The notes below the pieces were generated by a model, which was not told where the DNA came from, made no database searches, and saw only the letters and a program-made list of their open reading frames with translations. From Geobacter metallireducens GS-15 (GTDB lineage Bacteria > Desulfobacterota > Desulfuromonadia > Geobacterales > Geobacteraceae), in assembly GCF_000012925.1 (NCBI RefSeq), contig NC_007517.1, positions 3,510,001-3,542,000 of the forward strand: a stretch of DNA of 32,000 bases, given 5' to 3'. This document shows, piece after piece, positions 24,831 to 32,000 of this stretch. Numbering within the stretch: the first letter of the stretch is position 1; every line of letters begins with the position of its first letter. The position numbers and the translations under genes were made by a program.

Positions 24831-25826
24831 TTACGGAGAAAAATATGAAAGTAATTTCTGGGAGCCATCATGACATTCAAATGTCTTGAAATCTTCTGTC
24901 CATTCATAAGCAATCAGCCGGTCATTATTCAGGTAATCAATAACCCACTTGTCTTTCTTACTGATAGGTGCATTGGTCACTATACAGATACATGCATTTG
25001 GTTCTGAAAATACATACCGATATTCGTACAATTGAGACAATGCTTTTCGAATTTGGCTTACAAAGTTTGTATCTGTGATTGATTTCATTTCGTATAGGAC
25101 GATGTCTTTATTGTTTTTTGAGTATAAGTCAATTATTTCATTTTCAAATGCCGGGAGATTCTTGTTTTTTAGAAAAAGTGATTTTGCCGTGACAAGATTC
25201 CAATGTATCTGGTTTGCCCTGTCGAGTTTTTGTGATTGAACTTCGAATTTAATTTTTTTACCCACTTTAGGGTCAGATTTGAATTCTTTGTCAGAAATGC
25301 CATCACATAACAAAGTCTTGGTTTTTACCGCAGCTCCAATGTATTTGTTAAGGATGTAATTATCTTTATTAATAACAATGGTTTTATTTTTTACGAGATA
25401 ATTCAAATAATTAATAAAAGTCGAAAAACGTCTTTTAGCCGTACTTTCAGCACCTGGATAAAATTTCAAAAACCAAAGCCTCAATTGTGCTTCAGTAGGA
25501 TGATCACTATTGATATATGCAATGGCACGCTGAAAAACTATCGAATCAAGTACGCATCTTGTTAGAAATTCATTACGAGCAGATGACGTATTGAGAGAAG
25601 AAAATTCCTTGCCAAGAGCGGTAAGTTCAGAGTGATTATTACTGGTTACAATAAGACCAAGTATCTCTGCTGCAAGCCTATAATATCTTCCTTGTCTTCC
25701 GCCAGAATCTAACCCTATAACACCTTCAATGCTGACATCCGAAAAGTTCCCTTGTGATACAGCAATAGCGACTTCACCGACTTTTTCAAGTCTGTCTGCT
25801 TGCGGAAAGTCGCTTTGGGAAATCAT
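24831..25826 (-). CDS. PD-(D/E)xK nuclease-fold protein with an N-terminal wHTH-like domain (unassigned family)
   Basis: The protein is about 331 aa. The C-terminal part has IIDLYSKNNKDIVLYEMKS...QIRKALSQLYEY (a D...E-x-K arrangement followed by QL-Y). The N-terminal part (GGRQGRYYRLAAEILGLI...LTALGKEF) looks like a DNA-binding wHTH. The ATG at 25826 lies 2 nt after the methyltransferase stop; the ORF-track start at 25832 is TTG. Confidence 0.6.
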   Translation of the reverse strand: MISQSDFPQADRLEKVGEVAIAVSQGNFSDVSIEGVIGLDSGGRQGRYYRLAAEILGLIVTSNNHSELTALGKEFSSLNTSSARNEFLTRCVLDSIVFQRAIAYINSDHPTEAQLRLWFLKFYPGAESTAKRRFSTFINYLNYLVKNKTIVINKDNYILNKYIGAAVKTKTLLCDGISDKEFKSDPKVGKKIKFEVQSQKLDRANQIHWNLVTAKSLFLKNKNLPAFENEIIDLYSKNNKDIVLYEMKSITDTNFVSQIRKALSQLYEYRYVFSEPNACICIVTNAPISKKDKWVIDYLNNDRLIAYEWTEDFKTFECHDGSQKLLSYFSP

Positions 25827-25828
25827 TC

Positions 25829-27745
25829 TCAATACCCAACAAATAAGTATTCTTGCACGTCGTTATTGTTATCTCCGACCTTGTGCCCATGTGTTCCGAA
25901 TGAATACTTGTAGTCCACCGGAATGACCGCAACATTGGTCTTGTACTTGCCCATTATTTCAAGCATCTCGTCCTGCGTGGGCTGGCTGTTGGACGAGTAT
26001 GATACTATCAGAATATTGTTTTTGAACCGCTTAAACAAGTGGTCAAAGGCGTCCGCAGCACCCTTTCTTGTGGAAAATGGTGTCGGATAGGATTTGAATT
26101 TCTTGGTCTGGGTGTGTTCCTGTATCTCCACACCCTTCCAGTTCCTTGCCAGCCCTTCAACGAAGTGATACCGGCGGACATACTCGTTGTCCGACAGCGG
26201 GCTGTAATATGGCGGGTCAATGTAGACCAGTGCATTTTCTACGACCGGTACGGTCAAAGCGTCGCCGTGGCGTGATTTGTTTTCATGCCCATTATCAAAA
26301 ACGGCACTGTTAATCGCTTCCACAGCTTCTAGGAACTGGTCCGCAAATGACAGGTGAAGATCACGCCGCCCGTCGTCATAGCGACCAAGACCGGTATAAG
26401 TGAATATCCCGCGTGGACGCTTCTTGGTGCAGGCTCTGATAAGCGCCGAAAGGGCGATTGCCTTCTTATATTGATTCTTCAATGCCCAAATATTTGACCT
26501 CAAGACATCAATCAGGCGATTATCGGCATCCTCGAAGTAAAGACCCTTGAACTTCTCCGCCACGAAGCCGTCAGACTTGTGCTTTGGTTCCAACAGTCTC
26601 CGTGCTTCTTCAAGCGGAAGAATAACGGAATTATTCTCGACCATTGCTTTTGTAAAGCACGCCGACATGTGCATGTAGTCATTCGATATGACCGCCTTGC
26701 CATGAGACTTGAACATATAGCCGACAATCCCGCTACCGGAAAAAAGGTCAACGGCGGTATCGAAGTCAAACTGGGACGCTACTGCCCAAATGTCTTTCAG
26801 GAGTTTGTTCTTGCTTCCCATATAACGGGTAGGCGGATACAGCAAAGCCTGTTCCGGAAGTGGTTCCGGCACAAGTTTCAGGTTCAGACGTGCCTTGGGC
26901 TTGATGTCAACGATAACATCTTGCCCTGTGCGTCCTTGTCCATTACAACTGATATGGCGCTTGGTCTCAACGACGTACATTTCATAACGCCCGTATAGTT
27001 CATGCACCAAGGGATTGTTGCTGTTAGTCAATATGACATAGCACCCTAGTTCATGCAGGCGGGCGATTTCCGTAGCAAGTTCCACATGGTCTTCCTCGTA
27101 GAACTGTTCTTTGGTGTATCGCTTGAAATCAGCATACGCCGATACCGGGAGATATGGCGGGTCAAGGAAGACAAAATCACCGGAACGTGCGTGTTCCCGT
27201 AGTACGTCCTTATAGTCGCCAAGAACTATCGTTGCCTTGCTCAACAGGTAAGAAGCGGCACGCAATCCTTCTTCGTCAAGAATGCGGGGATTGACGTACC
27301 GACCATAGGGCGAGTTGAACTGACCGCTTTTGTTGACCCGGTACAATCCATTGAAGCAGGTCCGGTTCAAGAAGATTGTCCGAGCCGCTGCGGACGCTGG
27401 CGAAAGCTTGGTCCAGTCCTGCGCCCTGACCTTATAGAAATCGTCTTCCGTGTTATTGTGGCGTTTCAGGCACCGGATAACATTGTCAACATTGTCGGCA
27501 ACCGATTGGTACAGGTTGACCAGTTCCGGGTTGCTGTCGGCAATAATGGCATCTTCCGGCTTGACCGCAAAGAACAATGCTCCGCCGCCGAAGAATGGCT
27601 CGATATAGCGACCGTACTTCTTCGGCATCTTGGGCAACAGTTGCCCAAGCAGTTGCGACTTGCCGCCTGCCCACTTCAAAAGAGGTCGGCAACCAGACAA
27701 ATCGCACAACTCACTGATATTTCTGTTTGTTTTTGATTTTGTCAT
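25829..27745 (-). CDS. Two-domain N6-adenine DNA methyltransferase (Dam-like domain plus FokI-N-like domain fusion)
   Basis: Domain 1 (residues about 20-290) has LKWAGGKSQLL, EPFFGGGALFF, NPELVNLY and FLDPPY (Dam/D12 class). Domain 2 (about 300-638) has RYMGSKNKLL, DLFSGSGIVGYMF, MVENNSV, VYIDPPYY, ILIVSYSS and EYLFVGY. Domain 2 resembles the N-terminal half of M.FokI as I recall it, so the domain order is permuted relative to M.FokI. Confidence 0.85.
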   Translation of the reverse strand: MTKSKTNRNISELCDLSGCRPLLKWAGGKSQLLGQLLPKMPKKYGRYIEPFFGGGALFFAVKPEDAIIADSNPELVNLYQSVADNVDNVIRCLKRHNNTEDDFYKVRAQDWTKLSPASAAARTIFLNRTCFNGLYRVNKSGQFNSPYGRYVNPRILDEEGLRAASYLLSKATIVLGDYKDVLREHARSGDFVFLDPPYLPVSAYADFKRYTKEQFYEEDHVELATEIARLHELGCYVILTNSNNPLVHELYGRYEMYVVETKRHISCNGQGRTGQDVIVDIKPKARLNLKLVPEPLPEQALLYPPTRYMGSKNKLLKDIWAVASQFDFDTAVDLFSGSGIVGYMFKSHGKAVISNDYMHMSACFTKAMVENNSVILPLEEARRLLEPKHKSDGFVAEKFKGLYFEDADNRLIDVLRSNIWALKNQYKKAIALSALIRACTKKRPRGIFTYTGLGRYDDGRRDLHLSFADQFLEAVEAINSAVFDNGHENKSRHGDALTVPVVENALVYIDPPYYSPLSDNEYVRRYHFVEGLARNWKGVEIQEHTQTKKFKSYPTPFSTRKGAADAFDHLFKRFKNNILIVSYSSNSQPTQDEMLEIMGKYKTNVAVIPVDYKYSFGTHGHKVGDNNNDVQEYLFVGY

Positions 27746-27869
27746 AATAGATAGCGATGTTCAAAGGGTACAATCTACTCTAAAATTTAGCCACAATGCA
27801 AAGTAATTCCATGGACCCTGCTGTATATTTTCGCTGCTATAAATGTTGTAAGGAGTTACAAAGTTTTCA

Positions 27870-27879
27870 GATATCGAAA
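27870..27879. repeat. Left copy of the 10-bp target-site duplication GATATCGAAA
   Basis: It is identical to 29193-29202 and immediately abuts the IS terminal inverted repeat. Confidence 0.85.
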
Positions 27880-29192
27880 TACTACTGTCCGGTAAACTTT
27901 GATTGTACAGCTGTAACTTGTTGAACTTTATTGCTCTTTGGCACAATTGTTCTTTTTTCGACATGAATTCGTTCTGGGTGTAGCCTTCCTCCCTTTACAG
28001 GAGGGGAGCAATGCACACCGGTCCGACCGTTTTCAAACAACTTCTGCAGTTTCTGCCCCGGTACGAATTCAATCTCTGCGTTCGCCGACACCGTGGCGAG
28101 TATCGGGAGAAGAAGTTCTCGACCTATGACCAGTTCCTCTGCCTGGCTTATGCCCAGATGGCTGGCCGTGAGAGCTTGCGGGATATCGAGACCTGCCTGA
28201 ACTCCCACCAGGAGAAGCTGTACCACATCGGCTTTCGTGGTGATGTCTCCCGCACGACCCTTGCCGACGCGAACGAGCGCAGGGACTGGCGTATCTTCCA
28301 AGACTTCGGTCATGTACTGATCGGCATAGCTCAGCAGCTGTACCAGGCTGATGCCATCGCCGTTGAGCTTACGCAACCGCTCTACGCCTTTGACTCGACC
28401 ACTATCGACCTGTGCCTTACGCTGTTCCCATGGGCCGAGTTCCGCAAAACCAAGGCGGCGGTCAAGATGCATACGCTCATTGATCTGCGTGGTCCCATTC
28501 CAACCTGGGTCACTATTACCACTGGCAAGGTCCACGATGTCAGGATGCTGGACCATCTGCCGGTTGCAAAGGATGCCATTTACACGATGGACAGAGGGTA
28601 TGTCGATTTTGCCCGGCTCCACTCCATCCACAAGCAGGGAGCATTCTTCGTAGTTCGGGCAAAGGACAACCTGAAATGCCAGCGGTTATATTCCCATCCG
28701 AAGGACAAGGAATCAGGTGTACGGGCAGACCAGATTATCACCCTGGTGACGCAGAAGTCGAAAAAGGGGTATCCGGAGAAACTGCGCCGGGTCAGCTATG
28801 TTGACAAAGAACGGAACAAGCGACTCGTATTTCTCACGAACAACTTCGAGATTCCGGCAGCGACGGTGGCTGCGATTTACAAGCAGCGCTGGCAGGTGGA
28901 GCTGTTTTTCAAATGGATCAAACAGCACCTGCGGATCAAGTCGTTCATCGGAACGTCAGTCAATGCCGTGAAGAGCCAGATATGGGTTGCCTTGTGCATC
29001 TATCTGCTGGTGGCGATCACGAAAAAGAAGTTGGGGGTTCCGTGTTCGCTCTACACTTTTCTACAGATTCTGGAGGTCAACTTGTTCGAGAAAAAGCCCA
29101 TTTCATCGCTGGTTGCGGAGGCTCTCAAGCGAAATGCTGATTATCCTGAGCGCAACCAACTGAACTTATTCAACTATTAACCGGACAGTAGT
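27880..29192 (+). mobile_element. IS4-family insertion sequence (about 1.31 kb)
   Basis: The terminal inverted repeats are ACTACTGTCCGGT (27881-27893) and its complement ACCGGACAGTAGT (29180-29192). The element is flanked by a 10-bp direct repeat, has a single DDE transposase ORF, and is more GC-rich than the surrounding island. Confidence 0.9.
28011..29180 (+). CDS. IS4-family DDE transposase (DUF4372 N-terminus)
   Basis: The 389-aa ORF has a DUF4372-like N-terminus (FKQLLQFLPRYEFNLCV...FSTYDQFLCLAYAQMAGRESLRDIE), the DDE residues (YAFDSTTIDL, YTMDRGYVDF) and the IS4 Y-x2-R-x3-E-x6-K signature (YKQRWQVELFFKWIK). Confidence 0.92.
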   Translation: MHTGPTVFKQLLQFLPRYEFNLCVRRHRGEYREKKFSTYDQFLCLAYAQMAGRESLRDIETCLNSHQEKLYHIGFRGDVSRTTLADANERRDWRIFQDFGHVLIGIAQQLYQADAIAVELTQPLYAFDSTTIDLCLTLFPWAEFRKTKAAVKMHTLIDLRGPIPTWVTITTGKVHDVRMLDHLPVAKDAIYTMDRGYVDFARLHSIHKQGAFFVVRAKDNLKCQRLYSHPKDKESGVRADQIITLVTQKSKKGYPEKLRRVSYVDKERNKRLVFLTNNFEIPAATVAAIYKQRWQVELFFKWIKQHLRIKSFIGTSVNAVKSQIWVALCIYLLVAITKKKLGVPCSLYTFLQILEVNLFEKKPISSLVAEALKRNADYPERNQLNLFNY

Positions 29193-29202
29193 GATATCGA
29201 AA
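29193..29202. repeat. Right copy of the 10-bp target-site duplication GATATCGAAA
   Basis: It is identical to 27870-27879. Confidence 0.85.
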
Positions 29203-29363
29203 CGAAAAAATTGTGAATAAGCTACCCGATTTGTCTCAACAAATTCGGTAGCTGCCTTAAGAGATATGCTTGAATGGATTTCATGGCAGATTTAAGCTGG
29301 TTTTCTGGAAATAATAGAATTCCCCCTTTCATGCAGAAGCTATTGGTAAAAATCGGTCCACAT

Positions 29364-29975
29364 TCAGGCAGTCAACCCGCGTGTAGCAATGAAACTGTAG
29401 ACTGTACCGCGCGAAACCGAAAATATTTTAGCAATAGACGACAATGATACCTGCTTCCGCAGGAGTTCTGTTATCTGACCTTCCATACCGTCAAGTTTGC
29501 TTACCCCGGTAGCTCCTTTGGGACGTCCTAGCTTGACCCCGGCAGCCTTTCGGGCTTCTAGAGCCCTTTTTGTGCGATCAGAAATCAAATCTCTTTCCAA
29601 CTCTGCAAAGAGCGAGAACATCGTAACCATAACCTTTGCCTGAAGGTTCTCACTCCCATTTATATTCAGGTTTTGCTTTATCGCTATTAAGAACACCTTC
29701 TTAGATGCCAATTCATTTATAATATTCAAAACTTCTACTGTACTTCTACCTATCCGCGACAATTCAGAGACAATAACACGGTCCCCTTGAGACAACATAC
29801 TAACTAAATAGTCAATTTTACGCTCTTCTACTGACTTACGACTTGAAATCTCAACTTCTACAAAGTCGTCTATAGATAATCCATTCTTTTGAGCGTAATC
29901 AAGAATCTCAAATTTTTGATTTTTCAAATCTTGCTGACTTGTGCTGACTCTCAAGTATGCTATTGTTTTCGCCAT
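29364..29975 (-). CDS. Small serine recombinase (resolvase/invertase family) with a C-terminal HTH
   Basis: The 203-aa ORF has AYLRVSTSQQDL (catalytic Ser), VSELSRIGRS, FAELERDLISDRTK, GRPKG and the C-terminal HTH SIAKIFSVSRGTVY. Confidence 0.9.
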   Translation of the reverse strand: MAKTIAYLRVSTSQQDLKNQKFEILDYAQKNGLSIDDFVEVEISSRKSVEERKIDYLVSMLSQGDRVIVSELSRIGRSTVEVLNIINELASKKVFLIAIKQNLNINGSENLQAKVMVTMFSLFAELERDLISDRTKRALEARKAAGVKLGRPKGATGVSKLDGMEGQITELLRKQVSLSSIAKIFSVSRGTVYSFIATRGLTA

Positions 29976-30160
29976 ATTCAGCCTTCCTTTGCCTGTTAAT
30001 AAAATAGTTAATTGCTATTTTTATTTTACGGATACAGTCAAAGGAAGTCTATGGTTAATTTGTTATATATTGCATACTAAAAACGTATGTTTTGCTAGAC
30101 TCTTATTAATGGTAACTAGAGATGTCACTCTTACAATACCATTCATTATGTTTGGCGAGA

Positions 30161-32000
30161 CTAATTTGAATCCAGTTCAAATTCGGTTTCGAATGGGTGT
30201 AATTCTTCCTCTTCTCTAAATATTGGCGCCATTTCTTTATTCCCCATCCACCAATTCAATTTATCGTTAATTAATTCTGAAGTTACCCGGTACGCTTGTT
30301 GTTTCTTGTCGTATTTAATAGTTCGGTAGTTACCGTTTTTGAACCTGACGACGAAGAATCTATCATCTTTTGTGTTTTGCTGTGACTGCCTCATTCCATC
30401 CAAATCAATGGTTTTTTCATGCTTCAGAATGTGTTTTTCTGAATCAGATGCACTTTTTATTTTAATTTCGTAGTCTCTTTCTTTCTGTTCTATCTGTTCA
30501 TCACTAAAGACGCTTCCTCTCGGGTATACTAATATTTGGCTTATTATTTGTCTTAACTCGTCACGCAATCTGATTCTAAACATTATTTTGTCATCTTCTT
30601 TCACTGATTTATTCTGTGCCTTATCCAAAGTAAGCAAATTTTGCACTCTAACATCTATATTATTATTATCATATTCTGCGATGCATATTCCCTTACTCAA
30701 TTTTTCTATCTCTTCAGATAGGTTTGTTTTTTCTTCTAACTTTTTCTTTATCTGTTCGTGGTAATGCTCTAATTCTGCTCTTTCAGTAATATCATCTAAA
30801 AAAACATTCAACATATCAATTTGTTTTTGCACCTTCATTAGTTTGCCATTTCTTGCCGTTAAGCTTTTTCTCAGTTCATTTAATCTATTCTGGTCTGCCT
30901 GTTGTTCTGCTCTAAGCACATATCTAATATCAATTTCTCTGCAATATTCAAAAAATGCTTTCTCGATCTCATTACATTTCATAGAAATGTAACTACACTT
31001 GACTCCGCGTCTTGCACTATCACATACCAGATACCTTACTTCACCTCCAACGTTATGCCTAGCAACAACATCCATACGTGAACCACAGTAACCACACCTT
31101 GTATATCCGCTAAACAAATTTTCTACTTTAGCAGTTCTACCAGGTCTATGTGCTCCGTTTTTCAATTTAGCTTGTACTGCATAGAATGTATCGGTGTCTA
31201 TAATAGGAGGAAAATAATCTTTGATTAGTTCACCGTCCGGAACCGGTTTTGAATGTTTTGAGCCAAACACATGTGGCTGAAACTCTCCAATCACAGCACT
31301 ATTGGAAAGGATTTTTCTGACGGTTGTCTGATACCAACCTATTTTTGACCTAAAAGGTTCTATTTTTTGTTTATTTAATATGGTTGATATTGCCTTTACA
31401 CCAAGACCAGATAAAGATAATTCAAATATTTGTTTTACAATTTCGACTCTGTCTTCTTTCAGTATAAAATCTTTCTTGTCAGGAGTTAGTTCAAGCCACC
31501 CTGGACAATTCGCTGTCAACTTTATATTGTGAAGATTTTTGCGCTTCAGACGCCACGCCGCACATATTCGTTCTGATTTCCGCAAGCTTTCTTCATTTGC
31601 ACGAGCCATAATACCCAAGGAAATGAATATGTTGCCGATATTCGCTTCAAATCCTTCTTTTGTGTACTCCATTTTGTCACTAAGAGTAACGATTTTGATG
31701 CCAGCGTCCAAAATCTCTTGAAATTGCTTGAAGGCTGTCAATACACTCTCTCGACTCAATCGGTCCAGCGATTCGACTAGAAGAACCGATCCTTTAGGCA
31801 CCCGTCCTTGCTTCACAAATTCGAGAAATACACCAAATTCACCTTCCTTGACATGTTCACTCGTGAAGGCGGACTTACCCAAATCTTGATAGGAATGTTT
31901 ATCATCTAGCACTAACCCGTGTTCTTCTGCGTACGTTCGGGAGAGTTGAAGCTGTCTTTCCAAGCTGCTTCCCTCTGCTTGTGTTGCTTTTGAAAACCGG
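30161..32000 (-). CDS. Large serine recombinase (candidate island integrase), N-terminus just beyond the window end
   Basis: The in-frame translation continues to the window edge: RFSKATQAEGSSLERQLQ... (catalytic Ser motif). It is followed by the resolvase core (LLVESLDRLSR), a recombinase domain (GVKAISTILN...GWYQTTVRKILSNSAVIGE), a zinc ribbon (CGYCGSRM...LVCDS...KC) and a long coiled coil. The ORF-track M at 31963 is an internal TTG. Confidence 0.88.
   Translation of the reverse strand, partial: RFSKATQAEGSSLERQLQLSRTYAEEHGLVLDDKHSYQDLGKSAFTSEHVKEGEFGVFLEFVKQGRVPKGSVLLVESLDRLSRESVLTAFKQFQEILDAGIKIVTLSDKMEYTKEGFEANIGNIFISLGIMARANEESLRKSERICAAWRLKRKNLHNIKLTANCPGWLELTPDKKDFILKEDRVEIVKQIFELSLSGLGVKAISTILNKQKIEPFRSKIGWYQTTVRKILSNSAVIGEFQPHVFGSKHSKPVPDGELIKDYFPPIIDTDTFYAVQAKLKNGAHRPGRTAKVENLFSGYTRCGYCGSRMDVVARHNVGGEVRYLVCDSARRGVKCSYISMKCNEIEKAFFEYCREIDIRYVLRAEQQADQNRLNELRKSLTARNGKLMKVQKQIDMLNVFLDDITERAELEHYHEQIKKKLEEKTNLSEEIEKLSKGICIAEYDNNNIDVRVQNLLTLDKAQNKSVKEDDKIMFRIRLRDELRQIISQILVYPRGSVFSDEQIEQKERDYEIKIKSASDSEKHILKHEKTIDLDGMRQSQQNTKDDRFFVVRFKNGNYRTIKYDKKQQAYRVTSELINDKLNWWMGNKEMAPIFREEEELHPFETEFELDSN

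Larger units (their letters stand above)
21153..32000. mobile_element. Genomic island (at least 10.8 kb, right end beyond the window) inserted in radC, carrying serine recombinases, an IS, a Type IIS-like R-M operon and a Rep/RHH module
   Basis: Composition shifts sharply exactly at the premature radC stop. The gene content is mobile and defence-type. A large serine recombinase gene sits at the distal end, reading inward. Confidence 0.8.

Noticed and set aside
27761-27964. 67-aa minus-strand ORF upstream of the methylase gene.
   Set aside because: It crosses the left IS boundary (27880), so its N-terminal half is IS sequence. When the pre-insertion sequence is reconstructed, the frame hits a TAG a few codons upstream with no start codon. 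I treat it as not a gene.
27882-28631. 249-aa minus-strand ORF inside the IS.
   Set aside because: It is antisense to the clearly recognisable IS4 transposase and has no motifs.
29976-30160. Possible res or crossover site, plus a tiny plus-strand ORF (MVNLLYIAY) after an AAAGGAAG motif, between the two recombinase genes.
   Set aside because: Only one short imperfect inverted repeat is visible. I could not define subsites or match them to known res/hix consensus by eye, and the ORF is only 9 codons. It is mentioned under the recombinase finding but not called as a feature.
1-32000. Search for tRNA, rRNA and CRISPR arrays across the whole window.
   Set aside because: I saw no cloverleaf-like conserved tRNA boxes, no rRNA-like segments and no regularly spaced direct repeats with unique spacers. 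The only periodic repeats are the 7-bp arrays at 3617-3688.

Overview
The window has two parts. (1) Positions 1 to about 21150 are GC-rich (about 60% or more by eye) chromosomal DNA of a Geobacter-like (Desulfuromonadales) bacterium. The taxon is my inference from protein sequences and gene order and is not verified. Almost all genes here lie on the minus strand. They comprise a flagellar basal-body cluster (fliG', fliF, fliE, flgC, flgB), an AMIN/TPR periplasmic protein, and a cheY-cheX-(CheX-like::pseudo-receiver) operon. Next come a hemerythrin with a possible MCP relic beside it, a rhodanese/MBL/DUF2892/DUF302/C_GCAxxG_C_C redox-sulfur cluster, and a TolC-MFP-RND efflux operon. The part ends with a DUF2062 gene, a DUF47/PhoU-like plus PiT phosphate transporter pair, uppP, and a radC gene that ends abruptly before its JAMM catalytic motif. 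Two good sigma-54 (-24/-12) promoter matches sit upstream of flgB and of the AMIN/TPR gene. (2) From about 21153 to the window end the composition drops sharply and becomes mosaic (about 30-50% GC by hand counts on sample lines). This is a genomic island of at least 10.8 kb that interrupts radC. It carries a small HUH (Rep / inovirus Gp2-like) protein plus an RHH protein and a decayed methyltransferase remnant. Its main cargo is a four-gene minus-strand operon: a FokI-like two-domain m6A methyltransferase, a very AT-rich PD-(D/E)xK nuclease-fold gene, a 60-aa protein, and an AlwI/BstNBI-family Type IIS endonuclease. Upstream of that operon sits an IS4-family insertion sequence with a 10-bp target duplication. 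The island ends with a small resolvase/invertase-type serine recombinase and a large serine recombinase that runs off the window. The most interesting candidate system is this atypical restriction-modification operon with its extra nuclease cassette and small coupled ORF, inside a radC-targeting serine-recombinase island. All family assignments come from motif and sequence recognition by eye. No BLAST, HMM or folding software was run.
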